Shown one piece after another: positions 48,131-59,870 of a stretch of DNA of 64,000 nucleotides. The position numbers were made by a program, and so were the translations under genes. A model generated the notes under the pieces. The model did no database searches, was not told the origin of the DNA, and worked only from the letters and a program-made list of their open reading frames with translations. The DNA is from Gekko japonicus (taxonomy: Eukaryota), in assembly GCF_001447785.1 (NCBI RefSeq), contig NW_015167073.1, positions 370,692 to 434,691 of the forward strand, in the 5' to 3' direction. Each line of letters begins with the position of its first letter. Position 1 is the stretch's first letter.

Positions 48131-50801
48131 AAGAACATAAGAACATAAGAGACGCCTCTTTCTTTACCTGTTCTTTCCCATGCATAATCTTATAAACCTC
48201 GATCATGTCACCCCTCAGTCATCTTTTCTCCAAGCTAAAGAGCCCTAAGCACTTTAACCTTTCCTCATAGGGAAAGTGTTCCAACCCTTTGATCATTCGA
48301 GTTGCCCTTTTCTGCACTTTTTCCAAAGCTATAATATCCTTTTTAAGGTGTGGTGCCCAGAACTGCACACAGTATTCCAAATGAGGTCTCACCATTGATT
48401 TATATAGGGGCATTATTATATTGGCTGATCTGTTTTCAATACCCTTCCTAATAATCCCCAGCATAGCATTGGCCTTCTTTATTGCAGTCACACACTGTCT
48501 CGACATTTTCAGTGAGTTATCCACTACAACTCCAAGATCTCTCTCTTGCTCAGTCTCTGCCAGTTCAGACCCCATCAATGTGTATTTATATTTAGGATTT
48601 TTGGCTCCAATGTGCATCACCTTGCACTTGGCCACATTGAACCCCATTTGCCATGTTGATGCCCGCTCGCCCATCCTTGACAGATCCCCTTGGAGTGCCT
48701 CACAATCCTCACTGGTTTTCACCACCCTGAACAACTTTGTATCATCCGCAAATTTAGCCACTTCACTGCTTACTCCCATCTCCAAATCATTAATGAACAA
48801 GTTAAAAAGCAGTGGACCAAGTACTGATCCCTGCGGTACCCCACTGCTTACCACCCTCCACTGAGAAAATTGCCCACCTACACTCACTCTCTGTTTTCTA
48901 TGAACTAGCCAGTTTTTGATCCATAAAAGGACTTGTCCTTCTATCCCATGATTTTTGAGCTTACTTAGGAGCCTTTGATGAGGAACTTTATCAAAAGCTT
49001 TCTGGAAGTCAAGGTAAATAATATCTATTGGATCCCCCTTGTCCACATGTTTGTTCACCCCCTCAAAGAACACTAACAGGTTAGTGAGACAAGATCTTCC
49101 CTTACAGAAACCGTGCTGAGTCTGCCTCAATAGGTTTTGTTCATCTATGTGCCTACTAATTCTTTCCTTAATAATGGTTTCCACCAATTTACCCGGTATC
49201 GACGTCAGACTGACTGGCCTGTAATTTCCCGGATCTCCTCTGGAACCCTTTTTAAAGATGGGAGTGACATTAGCTACCTTCCAATCCTCAGGAATGGAGG
49301 CAGATTTTAAGGAAAGATTACATATCTTTGTCAGGAGATCTACAAGTTCACATTTGAGTTCTTTCAGAACTCTCGGATGTATGCCATCTGGGCCTGGTGA
49401 TTTTTCAGTTTTTAAGTTGTCTATCAGTTTTAGGACCTCCTCTCTCATCACCTCAATCTGACTCAGGTCTTCCAACACCCCTCCTGAAATCAGTGGTTCT
49501 GGAGTGGGCAAGCACTTCTCATCTTCCACAGTGAAGACGGAGGCAAAAAATGCATTTAGCTTCTCAGCCATTTCCCTATCATCCTTCAATACTCCTTTTA
49601 CCCCTTGGTCGTCCAAGGGCCCCACTGCCTCCCTGGCTGGTTTCCTGTTTCTAATGTATTTGAAGAAAGTTTTATTGTTGGTTTTTACGTTTTTTGCTAT
49701 ATGCTCCTCATATTCCCTTTTTGCCTGCCTGACCTCAGACTTGCATTTTATTTGCCATAGCCTGTGTTCCGTTTTATCAGCCTCACTGTGACTAGCTTTC
49801 CACTGCTTAAAGGAATTCTTTTTACTTTTTACAGCCTCCATTACTCTGTTTGTTAACCATGCAGGCTTTTTCCTATACCTGTTTGTGCCTTTCCTAACCT
49901 GCGGAATATATATTTTTTGAGCTTCTAGGATCGTAGTTTTAAATAGATCCCAAGCTTCCCCAATTGTTTTGACCCTTTCTACTTTTCCTTTCAGTTTCCT
50001 CCCCACGTGTCCCCTCATATCAGAGAAATTACCCCTTTTAAAGTTAAAAATGGTTGTGTGAGTCTTTTTGGCCAATTCTCTATTTGTACAAATGATGAAC
50101 TCAACAACATTATGATCACTGTTTCCAAGCGGTGCAATCACTTTTACATCTCTCACCAGGTCTTGAGTGTTACTTAGGACCAAATCAAGGATCGCCTCTC
50201 CCCTGGTAGGTTCCGTGACCATCTGCTCCATAGCACAGTCATTTAGAGTGTCTAGAAACTCAATCTCTTTTTCCCGACTAGAACACATATTGACCCAATC
50301 AATGTGTGGGTAGTTAAAATCACCTATTATTACACAGTGTTTTTGTCTAGTTGCTATCTTTAAGGCATTCATCATTTTATAATCCTCCTCTATCTTTTGA
50401 TCTGGTGGGCGATAACAAACTCCCAGTGTTAAGTTTCCTTTTGGCCCCCCTATTTCAACCCATAGAACTTCCAGAAGCGAATCCAATTCACTTAGCCTCT
50501 CAATCTTTCTAGACTTTATACCCTCTCTGACATACAGAGCTACCCCACCTCCAACCCTTCCCCCCCTATCCTTCCGATATAATATATAACCGGGAATCAC
50601 TGTGTCCCACTGATTTTCCTCATCCCACCAAGTTTCAGAAATACCCACAATGTCTATTTTTCCCTCCGACACCAAGCACTCCAACTCCCCGATTTTACCT
50701 CGGACACTTCTAGCATTTGTATAGAAACAGCTGTAATTTCCCTTACAAGTTAAGCCTGCATCCTTCCTCTTGCTATCTCGAGTCGTTGTCCGGCAGTCCA
50801 T
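48131..50801 (-). mobile_element. Young CR1 LINE with an 860-aa open ORF2 (APE endonuclease + RT), a premature stop and a 3' internal deletion
   Basis: YTNARS, SETWW, GDFN, SDH, PGPDG, YRPVSLTS, QHGF, DFQKAFD, GVPQGS, FADD; (TTCTTATG)n tail. Confidence 0.95.
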
Positions 50802-50803
50802 GT

Positions 50804-51520
50804 CACCAGATGACAGAGAATCACTTGCCCCAGAGTCCCTATCTATACCTTGTGGCTAATAGCCACCGATGGAACTCTGCTCCAGATGCTTATCTAATTC
50901 CCTTTTGAAGCCATCCATGCTTGTAGCACCCACCACTTCCTGTGGCAGTGAATTCCAAGTGTTAATCACTCTTTGGGTGAAAAAGTACTTCCTCTCATCT
51001 GTTCTAACCCGACCGCTCAGCAATTTCATGGAGTGCCCACGAGTTCTTGTATTGTGAGAAAGGGAGAAAAGTACCTCTTTCTCTACCTGCTCTTTCCCAT
51101 GCATAATCTTATAAACCTCAATCATGTCACCCCTCAGTCATCATTTCTCCAAGCTAAAGAGCCCTAAGCGCCTTAACCTTTCCTCATAGGGAAAGTGTTC
51201 CAACTTTCATTCGAGTTGCCCTTTTCTGCACTTTTTCCAAAGCTATAATATCCTTTTTGAGGTGTGGTGACCAGAATTGCACACAGTATTCCAAATGAGG
51301 TCTCACCATTGATTTATATAGGGGCATTATGATATTGGCTGATCTGTTTTCAATACCCTTCCTAATAATCCCCAGCATAGCATTGGCCTTCTTTATTGCA
51401 GTCACACACGGTCTCGACATTTTCAGTGAGTTATCTACTACAACTCCAAGATCTCTCTCTTGATCAGTCTCTGCCAGTTCAGACCTCATCAACGTGTCTC
51501 TGCCAGTTCAGACCCCATCA
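50804..51520 (-). mobile_element. Second CR1 3' fragment lacking the tail, joined to the 5' end of the long copy
   Basis: MIEVYKIMHGKE...WNSLP; frameshifted upstream. Confidence 0.9.
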
Positions 51521-52136
51521 TGCTGACTTTGGCTAGATTTGAGCCCTTAGTTATGTGGGCTGAAGTCCATTTATTTAAAAAAATAGTTGTGCGTTTACCC
51601 AATTAATAAATGAACGAAAGCAGACCCAAAGTCACAAGTCTATGGTGAGGAGGAAATTACGGAGTGTCAAAGTCACAAGTAAGAGAGAGTGCTGTGCAGT
51701 GGTTAGGACTGGATAAAGGCTACGGTCACAGTTATGGAGTTCCTTGATTGACCTTAGGGCACCCACTTCTCTCTGCCTGACTTAGCACATGGGGTTTGCT
51801 GTGATGATAACAGTGGGGAAGTGAAAACCATCTAGGTAACCCTGAACTCCTTTTAGGAAGGGTGGGATAAACATGTGACGGATATTAAGCATTTGAACAT
51901 GAAGGAGGCGATTACACAATTCCCTACTTAGAGCATGCCATGTACAGAGGAAGAGGGGCAGGAAGTCCGGATTAGACAAGGATTCCGTTTCAGGGAAGGG
52001 TGCGAAGATAGTTACTCAGACCTATTGTCAGCATGGTGAGGCGTGAAGAAGGCAAAAGGAATGCAAAGGGACATGTTCTCGGGGGCCCTCTAAAGGCAGA
52101 GCAGGAAGAATGAACAAAACACCATGCACTTGTGAG

Positions 52137-52344
52137 CAATGTTCCCTCTAAGCTGTGGAGTCTTGTGAGCAAAAATTCTACTTTGTGAGCTTCTGTGGCA
52201 TTAAAGCTGTGAGCGAGTGATTTGGCTACTGCATAAATTAGTTTGCTCTGGAGCCCTCCTTCCTGAGCGAAGACAAAAATATGTGAGCCAGAGGCTAAAA
52301 AATCATGAGCTAGCTCACAGTAACTCAGCTTAGAGGGAACACTG
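52137..52344. mobile_element. MITE family A
   Basis: TSD cttgtgag. Confidence 0.9.
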
Positions 52345-52422
52345 CTTGTGAGTTCCTGACTGATAGAAGCAGGTGAACTTTTAAGGCAGAATACAGAGCA
52401 TACACACAAGTGTGGTCAGCAG

Positions 52423-52598
52423 CAGTGTTCCCTCTAAGCTGAGTTAGGGTGAGCTAGCTCACAGTTTTTTAGCCTCCGGCTCACACATTTTTGTCTCAGC
52501 TCAGGAAGGATGACTCCAGAGCAAACTAATGTATGCAGGAGCCAAATCGCTCGCTCACGACTTTAATGCCAGTAGCTTAGAGCTTAGAGGGAACATTG
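52423..52598. mobile_element. MITE family A (opposite orientation, internal deletion)
   Basis: TSD gtcagcag. Confidence 0.88.
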
Positions 52599-52728
52599 GT
52601 CAGCAGTATTAGAAATCGAACTTTTTCAAGGTAGAAAATGCTCACCACTTTAGCAACTCAAGTGAGAGGGAGACACACAATACAGATGAAAAGGGTGAAC
52701 AGTGTGATGTAATCTAGCAAACATAGAA

Positions 52729-52768
<40 letters not shown>

Positions 52769-52957
52769 TCTCTGTAACATGCACATACGAACACAGAATC
52801 TGAGTTCCATACCGACAGACATAATCTTACCTTCATTCTTCTCCCTGGTAATCCTCAAAAAGTAAGATCCCCCCCCCCCCATTACCCTGGTTTATGTACA
52901 AAAGCTCAGTGAATGTCAGTCACCTTTCTAATGCAAAAAGTTTTAAAAACACAATGC

Positions 52958-53310
52958 AGGCATGTCCAACTTCGAACAGGTGGTGATCTATTTTTTCCGG
53001 CCAAAAGTGCCGGTGATCTACCACCAGGAAAATAAAGTTTCAAATTAGTTTCAAATTAGATTTTAACCCACTAAAGTTGGGTTCCACCACACACACACAC
53101 CCCTTTATAATGTACCTTCTGTCACTTACTGGTAAGCAAAATAAGCAAAAACAAAACAGAGAGACGACGATCCAGAAAGGACTGCGAACATTTTTTACCA
53201 CCAAACAATCATCAAAAAAAAACCAAACACCTGTCCAGCAAACCAGGAGACCAAGTGGGGTTGGTGATCTACCTCTGACCCCTCCATGATCTACTGGTTG
53301 GACATACCTG
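52958..53310. mobile_element. hAT-like MITE
   Basis: TIR caggcatgtccaac / gttggacatacctg; repeated ggtgatcta subterminal motifs. Confidence 0.7.
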
Positions 53311-53824
53311 CAATAAGGTGTTTCGGACTGTGCACAGATTTCAACAGGGAAGTTATACCTCTTGTGTGCGGGTCAAAGTTAGAGAACTCTTCTTTCCTGT
53401 TCTGGAAAAGAATCCTGTAGCAAGATACAGGTACCCTCATGCCTATTGTCTCCAGTAGAAAGGCAGAGAAACATTTAGGATTCCTTAGATGCAGAGGACC
53501 TAGGCCAGAAGATAGTTACAACTTTGGATACACACACACATCCAAATAAAAATACGGATAGTGCATGTTACTTTTTGCTAGTTTGCTGTTGTGGGCTATT
53601 AGAAGAGAGGAAGGAAATAACGACTTCTAAGCCTTTCCATCACCTCTTGGACTTCTTTTATATTCCATCAGACAAATGATTTATTTCTCCTAGTATTCTT
53701 TCTTTTGACTGGCAGCACCTCACCAAGGCCAAATGTAGATGCCCTCTGATATATCTGAGATACTTTGAGTGGGCACACACGGGACCTCATGCATGCAAAT
53801 GCAAAGCATGAATACTACTACTGG

Positions 53825-54130
53825 TATATAATTCCACAACCATCTTAACCAATTTGTAAAGACTTTTAGGGTGATAATCAATATAACTTGGCTTCTGCCC
53901 TTCTCTGCCTGTTCTCAGTGTTAGGAGACATGACAGTATGCTGAAATTGCTTTCTCTTTGAGGTGTGAAAGATTGACAGTTTGGGCAAGGTAATAAAGAC
54001 TATGATGGTACTCCGCAAGGATTGCTCTGATCCCTTTGCTGCCTTCCTGTGGGTCATTAATATCTGTTGTTGGTTATTTCAGCCTCTTGGGTCTTAAGCA
54101 TTGAACCTAGCAGGATGAGGGGGAAATGCA
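53825..54130 (-). promoter_or_regulatory. Candidate OR promoter module, copy P4 (upstream of OR-4)
   Basis: Collinear with P1-P3; TAATGA at 54054-54059 directly followed on the minus strand by CCCACAGGA. Confidence 0.6.
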
Positions 54131-54330
54131 TTTTAGCTTTCCCACACAGAGAAAGGAAGGCAACTGTATAGTGCAAGTCACAGACACCTGACTTGTGTTT
54201 ACCTGATGGAGGCTGATAAATAATGTTTCCCATTTCTTGTCTAGTGACATGGATGGAGAAATAATAGGTTTGGTATTTAGGTGACCTTACTGACTAGTAT
54301 GAGAGCGTGTAGTGGCCAGTAACATACATT

Positions 54331-54630
54331 AGAGCCAGTTTGGTGTAGTGGTTAAGTGCGTGGACTCTAAGCTGGGAGAACCGGGTTTGATTCCCCACTC
54401 CTCCACTTGCAGCTGCTGGGTGACCTTGGGCAAGCCATAGTTCTGTCAGAGCTCTTCTTGAAAGAGCAGTTTCTGTCAGAGCTCTCTCAGCCCTACCTAC
54501 CTCATAAGGTGTCTGTTGTGGGGAGGGGGAGGGAAAGGAGATTGTAAGCTGCTCTGAAACTCCTTTGGGTAGTGAAGGGCGGGGTATAAATCCAATCTCC
54601 TCCTCCTCTTCTTCTCCTCCTCCTCCTCCC
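54331..54630 (+). mobile_element. Squam3-type SINE
   Basis: Full head, CCT/CTT tail. Confidence 0.85.
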
Positions 54631-54852
54631 CCTTCAGAGAGCACAGCTCTAACCCTTGACGAGTTGCTGGACATTACCTTAAAAGGTCCTCATACCAATC
54701 AAAGTACATCTCCTGATCCACTTGCATGCCCCAGCTATGTTCTTCAGACAGCCCTCTCCACATGGCGCCCTTTCCTAACATTGTCCATGTGGCAGCAGAT
54801 AGGACATGGGCTTTTTCTGTGGTAGATCCGCTCCACTGGAATTGCCTACCAG

Positions 54853-55205
54853 CAGGGGTTGTTTCGTAGAAAAAGAGCTAGGGGAACTCATTAGCATAAC
54901 TCATTAGCATAACTCATTAGCATATGCCACACCCCCTGACATCAGGGGCCCGGCGGTGGACCTGCAAGGCCGGCGGGAGTGTGAGGAAGCCCCGCCAAGG
55001 CCCTCCCTGGCCCCAGGCAGGCAGGGGTGGGGAGAGGCAGGGAGGAAGCAACTTACCCTCCCTCTTCTCCTGCCTCCTCCTGGCTGAATGAGGGCCGGAA
55101 GCGGGGTGGCCGGAAGCAGGGGGCGGGGCTTCATCATGTGCCCCACCCCCCGCACCTCACCGGGGGAACTGCGATCCCCCGCGATCCCCCCCGAAATGAC
55201 CTCTG
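54853..55205. mobile_element. MITE family B1
   Basis: TSD cctaccag; CTCATTAGCAT x3. Confidence 0.9.
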
Positions 55206-55271
55206 CCTACCAGAGTGGGCCAAATGGTGCTTTCACTTGTTGTCTATAGGAAGGTGTGTCAGACAGTTTTG

Positions 55272-55690
55272 CCCTGACCTGGACGGCCCAGGCCAGATGG
55301 ATCTTGTCAGATTCCAGAAGCTGAGCAGGGTCAGCCCTGGGTCGTACTTGAATGGGAGACCACCAGGAAAATCCAGGGGGACTGCCCAGAGGCAGGTAAT
55401 GGCAGCCCCCTTCTGCTCATCTCTTACCTCGCCAGGCCACCATAAGTGGGCTGTGACCAATGCTCCCTCTAAGCTGTGGAGTCCTGTGAGCAAAAACCCT
55501 ACTTTGTGAGCGACTGGCATTAGAGTGGTGAGCAAGCCATTTGGCTACTGCATAAATCGGTTTGCTCTGGAGCCCTCCTTCCTGAGCGAAGGCAAAAATG
55601 TTGTGAGCCGGAAGCTAAAAAAAAACGGTAGCTAGCTCACACTGACTTATCTCAGAGGGAACACTGGCTGCAACTTCATGACACTTTCTA
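55272..55690 (+). mobile_element. 5S-derived SINE with MITE A (55458-55666) inserted in its tail
   Basis: 5S-like head gaagctgagcagggtc...tacttgaatgggagacc; MITE TIRs. Confidence 0.7.
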
Positions 55691-55895
55691 CCACCACTGT
55701 GAGACCGTCTTATTTCAGAGGGTGTTCAGTGGAGGGTCAGCTATGTGAGCAAATTGGGCTGCATATTTAATCTGTGCCTTTTTCTAACCTGTGTGCTGTT
55801 CATATTTTGTTAATGGACCGTTAACGGTGTTTTTGTGTCCGTGCAACCTGTTGTGTCACTGGGTGCCTTGAGTCTAAGGAGAGAAGGTGGGATAA

Positions 55896-56247
55896 AAGGT
55901 AAAGGTAAAGGTTCCTTTGCTCGAAAGCCAGTCGAATCCGACTCTAGGGTTGTGGTGCTCATCTCCGTTTCCAAGCCGAAGAGCCAGCGCTGTCCAAAGA
56001 CATTTCCGTGGTCATGTGGCCCTCATGACTAAACACCAAGGCGCACGGAACGCTGTTCCCTTCCCACCGAAGCGGTACCTATTTATCTACTTGCAATTTC
56101 TTGCTTTCGAACTGCTAGGTTGGCAGGAGCGGGAGCTAGAGACGGGAGCTCACTCCGTCATGCGGCAGACCCGGGTCTCGAACTGCTGATCTACCGACCT
56201 TCCACAGCCTGCAGTTCAGCGTCTTAACCACTTGAGCCACCGCAGCC
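55896..56247 (-). mobile_element. Sauria SINE, full length
   Basis: TSD approximately gtgggata. Confidence 0.88.
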
Positions 56248-56874
56248 CCTTGTGGGATACAAATGCTTTAAAGAAAGAAATAAGCCACCAGTTTGGGTAC
56301 TTCCTTCTTTAAGAAGGATAACTTGGCTTAGTGATGAGCTAACCTGATACTTTTGGTTGAGGGGCAGCAGTGACTTCATTTGGGCCACTTTCCACCTTCA
56401 CAGCCTCTTCTCCATGGAATTAATTATAACCCCCCCCCCAAACAACATCCCATTATTCCCACTCCCCTCTGTATTTCCATTACTTGTGTGTATGTTTTAA
56501 CGTGTGTTTTATTTCTGTATGTCTGCATTTTATTAGGATTTTTTCTTTTAATAAAAACAACCCTTTTGGTTAAGCCGCTGCCGGCTTCGTTTCTGAGAGT
56601 TTCTCTAAGGGGTGCTGTAAAATGGGGGTGTTCTACTCCATATTGCCTCTCACTAAAGAGAGGGGGTCTACCTGCTTTGGTGTTCTGTGGTGCTAAATCC
56701 AGGCATCCACTAGACTCAGTGGGGCTGCTCATGCACCCATTAAAGATCCACTCACCAGCCAGCAGATTATTGACAGCTGGCCCTTTAATGGTCAGTCATC
56801 TGACAATCAGCTGCCCAGTTGCTCCACCCTCAAGGCGAGGAAGCGGAGTGGCAGGGAAGATGTTATTCCAAGGC

Positions 56875-57370
56875 TTGGTGTAGTGGTTAAGTGCACGGAC
56901 TCTAATCTGGGAGAGCCAGGTTTGATTCCCCACTCCTCCACTTACACCTGGCTGGATGACCTTGGGCAAGCCGTAGCTCTGATAGGAGCTATCAGAGAGC
57001 CAGTTTGGTGTCATAGTTAAGTGCGTGGACTCTAATCTGGGAGAACCGGGTTTGATTCCCCACTCCTCCACTTGCACCTGGCTGGATGACCTTGGGCAAG
57101 TAGGGTTACCAAGTGCTTTTCGAGGTGCAGCGGGGGACTCCCGGCTGGCGGCTGGAGCGTGCGCGTCATAGAGTTTTCCCCCGGGTGACTGTGGCCCCGC
57201 CCCCAGCGTGCCCAGCGTGGTCACGTCACTTCCAGGTGACGTGCACGTCGGGGTGGGGTTCCCCCAGAGGCCCGATCCGCCAGCGGCGGGGAATGGGCCT
57301 CTGGGGCGGGGGTTTCCCCGCCCCCCAGGGGGACTTGGCAAGCCTATGGGCAAGCCGTAGTTCTGATAAG
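56875..57370 (+). mobile_element. Two tandem Squam3-type heads; the second is interrupted by a GC-rich hAT MITE (57101-57346)
   Basis: MITE TIR tagggttaccaagt / acttggcaagccta; 8-bp TSD tgggcaag. Confidence 0.75.
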
Positions 57371-57431
57371 AGCTTCTGGGTAGAGGAAGGCCGCAGCATG
57401 GCTAGAACCTTAGAAGAGAGTACATCTAGGG

Positions 57432-57628
57432 TAGCGGTTCTCAACCTGTGGGTCATGATCCCTTTGGGGGTCAAACAACCCTTTCACAGGGGTCGCCTAA
57501 GACCATTGGAAAACACAAATTTTTGATGGTCTTATGATAGCAATGAAAATAAGTTTATGGTTGGGGGTCACCACAACGTGAGGAACTGTATTAAAGGGTC
57601 GCGGCATTAGGAAGGTTGAGAACTACTG
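57432..57628. mobile_element. SPIN (Space Invaders; URR1-like) hAT MITE
   Basis: Ends gcggttctcaacctgtgggtc...ccctttcacaggggtcgcctaagacc and tatggttgggggtcaccacaac.tgaggaactgtattaaagggtcgcggcattaggaaggttgagaac; TSD atctaggg. Confidence 0.85.
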
Positions 57629-58091
57629 ATCTAGGGGGGAAGGGGGTCCTCTTCCCTAAGAACAAGCTGGTACTCTGTTCCGCACCATCTGAGCCCCATT
57701 GGAGGGTGGTGGGCGCTAGTGTGCAATAGCTCTGGCCTGGTACCCAACAATACCTTTTGATAGGGATGATGGAAGTCTTTCCAGAGTTTAGATCTTGCCT
57801 TTCCTTACATGGACTGGATTTCGCCTTTCCCTGCACCATTAAATAGATCCTGCTCTTGCATAAAAACATATTGCATATTCAGGTCCGCCAACCAGGTGCT
57901 TGCTAGTTGAAATTTTGGAAATAGGGTTTTAGCAGAGGCAGACAGATTCTGTATGTCATATAGCTAGACATAAATTATTGCAGGATAATGATTCACTGCT
58001 CAACTGAAGTATCATAATTAAAGATTTAATGGCAAAAGCATAATCCTTTACCTGTTAAACCCTCCTCCCAATAACATTACCACAATAACTA

Positions 58092-58304
58092 TTAGCCACA
58101 AGGTATAGATTGGGGCTCTGGGGCAAGTGATGCTCTGTCTTCTTCGTGCTTGGGGAGGCCAACAGTGGGAGGGCTTCTAGTGTCCGGGCCCCACTGGTGG
58201 ACCTCCTGATGGCACCTGGTATTTTTGGCCACTGTGTGACAGAGTGTTGGACTAGATGGGCCTTTGGCCTGATCCAACATTGGCGTCTCTTATGTTCTTA
58301 TGTT
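58092..58304 (+). mobile_element. CR1 short 3' end, ~60 bp downstream of the OR-5 stop
   Basis: cttatgttcttatgttc tail; matches the other young CR1 UTRs. Confidence 0.85.
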
Positions 58305-58365
58305 CCCAAAACCCACATCTGCAGTTGTTGCAACATCAGGGGTCCTTTCAGGTAGATGCACACAC

Positions 58366-59310
58366 TCAACTTTTTTGTCCAAGGCTCCGTCTCCACAGCA
58401 CTTTGCTCACTGCTCCGTGGACATCCTTGTTCCGCAGGGTGTAAATGATTGGGTTGAGCAGAGGGGTGACCACAACATAAAACACAGCAATTTGTTTGTC
58501 ACGGTTAGAAGATGTGCTCGACCGAGGAACCATGTACATCGAAATGACAGTGCCATAGAACACAGTAACGACCATGAGATGGGAAGCACACGTGGAGAAG
58601 GCCTTGTGCTGTCCGGAGGTGGAGCGCATTTTTAACACAGAAAACAGAATGAGTCCATAGGAGGTCATTATAAGAGAAATGGGAATCATGAGGCCCAGTC
58701 CTGCCATCACTGATATGATAGCCTGTGTGGTGTGGGTGTCATCGCATGCTAGTTTCAACACCAATGGCATGTCACAGATAAAGTGATCGATGTGGTTGGG
58801 GCCGCAGTATGAGTGACTAAAGGTGCAGCATACATACGTCAGACTGAACAAGAAGGCTGCCGCCCAGCATGAACAAGCAAGTTGCCATTGGCGGCATCTA
58901 CTCATGGTGATGGAGTACAGCAGAGGATGGAAAATGGCCAGGTAGCGGTCGTAGGCCATGATTCCCAGCAGAAAGTTTTCCGCAGTGCCCATAAACAATA
59001 AGACAAATATCTGGGCCACACAGCCGGTGAAGGATAGGATTCCTTTCCCATCCAAGAGATGAGCCAGCATCTGTGGCTCCGTGCTGGTGGCATAACAGAT
59101 CTCTGTGCCTGAAAGGTGCGTGAGGAAGAAGTACATGGGTGTGTGGAGGCGGGAGTCAGACCGCACCAGCATGATGACCCCTAGATTCCCCACTATGGTC
59201 AATGTGTAGATCAGAAGAATGGCCATAAAGAGGAGCGTCTGTGTCTTGCGGTGTTTGGACAGTCCTTCCAAGGTGAACTCGGTGACAAAAGTGAAATTCT
59301 CAGCCACCAT
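58366..59310 (-). CDS. Olfactory receptor, class II, OR2D-like (OR-5), 314 aa; closest to OR-4
   Basis: MVAENFT, LHTPMYFFL, MAYDRYLAIFHPL, HFICDMP..KLAC, KAFSTCASHL, PLLNPIIYTLRNKD; acceptor tttcatttcctctgcAG about 14 nt upstream. Confidence 0.96.
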   Translation of the reverse strand: MVAENFTFVTEFTLEGLSKHRKTQTLLFMAILLIYTLTIVGNLGVIMLVRSDSRLHTPMYFFLTHLSGTEICYATSTEPQMLAHLLDGKGILSFTGCVAQIFVLLFMGTAENFLLGIMAYDRYLAIFHPLLYSITMSRCRQWQLACSCWAAAFLFSLTYVCCTFSHSYCGPNHIDHFICDMPLVLKLACDDTHTTQAIISVMAGLGLMIPISLIMTSYGLILFSVLKMRSTSGQHKAFSTCASHLMVVTVFYGTVISMYMVPRSSTSSNRDKQIAVFYVVVTPLLNPIIYTLRNKDVHGAVSKVLWRRSLGQKS

Positions 59311-59379
59311 CTTCTCATCCTGCCTGCAGAGGAAATGAAATTATAATAGATGATAATATCCTCTGGGCACAGAACAGTT

Positions 59380-59870
59380 CTAAAACTAGCTAAGGTTTGT
59401 TCCCGGGAAGATTTGCTGAGGTAAATTGTAAACTAGCACATCAAGGCGAGCCATTATCATGATCTCCATCCAACCACTAGCAAAATGTTCTCCCTGAAGG
59501 CTCCTCTACGCGCCCTCCAAGTTTGGTGAGGACTGGATTTACAGGGGTCCAAGTTGTGGCCACTCCAAAGAAGATGCCCTTAGGAAAGCACTTTCTGGGG
59601 CAACTACTTGGGGGGGGCATAGCTCAGACCCCATAAATCCAATCCTCACCAAACTTGGAGAGCAGATAGATGAGAGTCAGCTGGAGACCCCTGTGAGTTT
59701 GGTAACTCCTGCATGCCAGGAGGGGTGTTCTATTGCCTCACGAACCAAACGGGTTTGTGAGGAGGCTAAGAATTCATGACGGTCCGTGGTTCGTGAATGG
59801 GGCACGCCACAAACCACAAACCGAACTGAACTGAACTGAACAGCATTTTTCCAGTTTGTGCCCATCCCTA
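59380..59870. mobile_element. Old DNA transposon fragment
   Basis: End tgtgcccatcccta; caccaaacttgg and cgaacc subterminal motifs. Confidence 0.5.
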
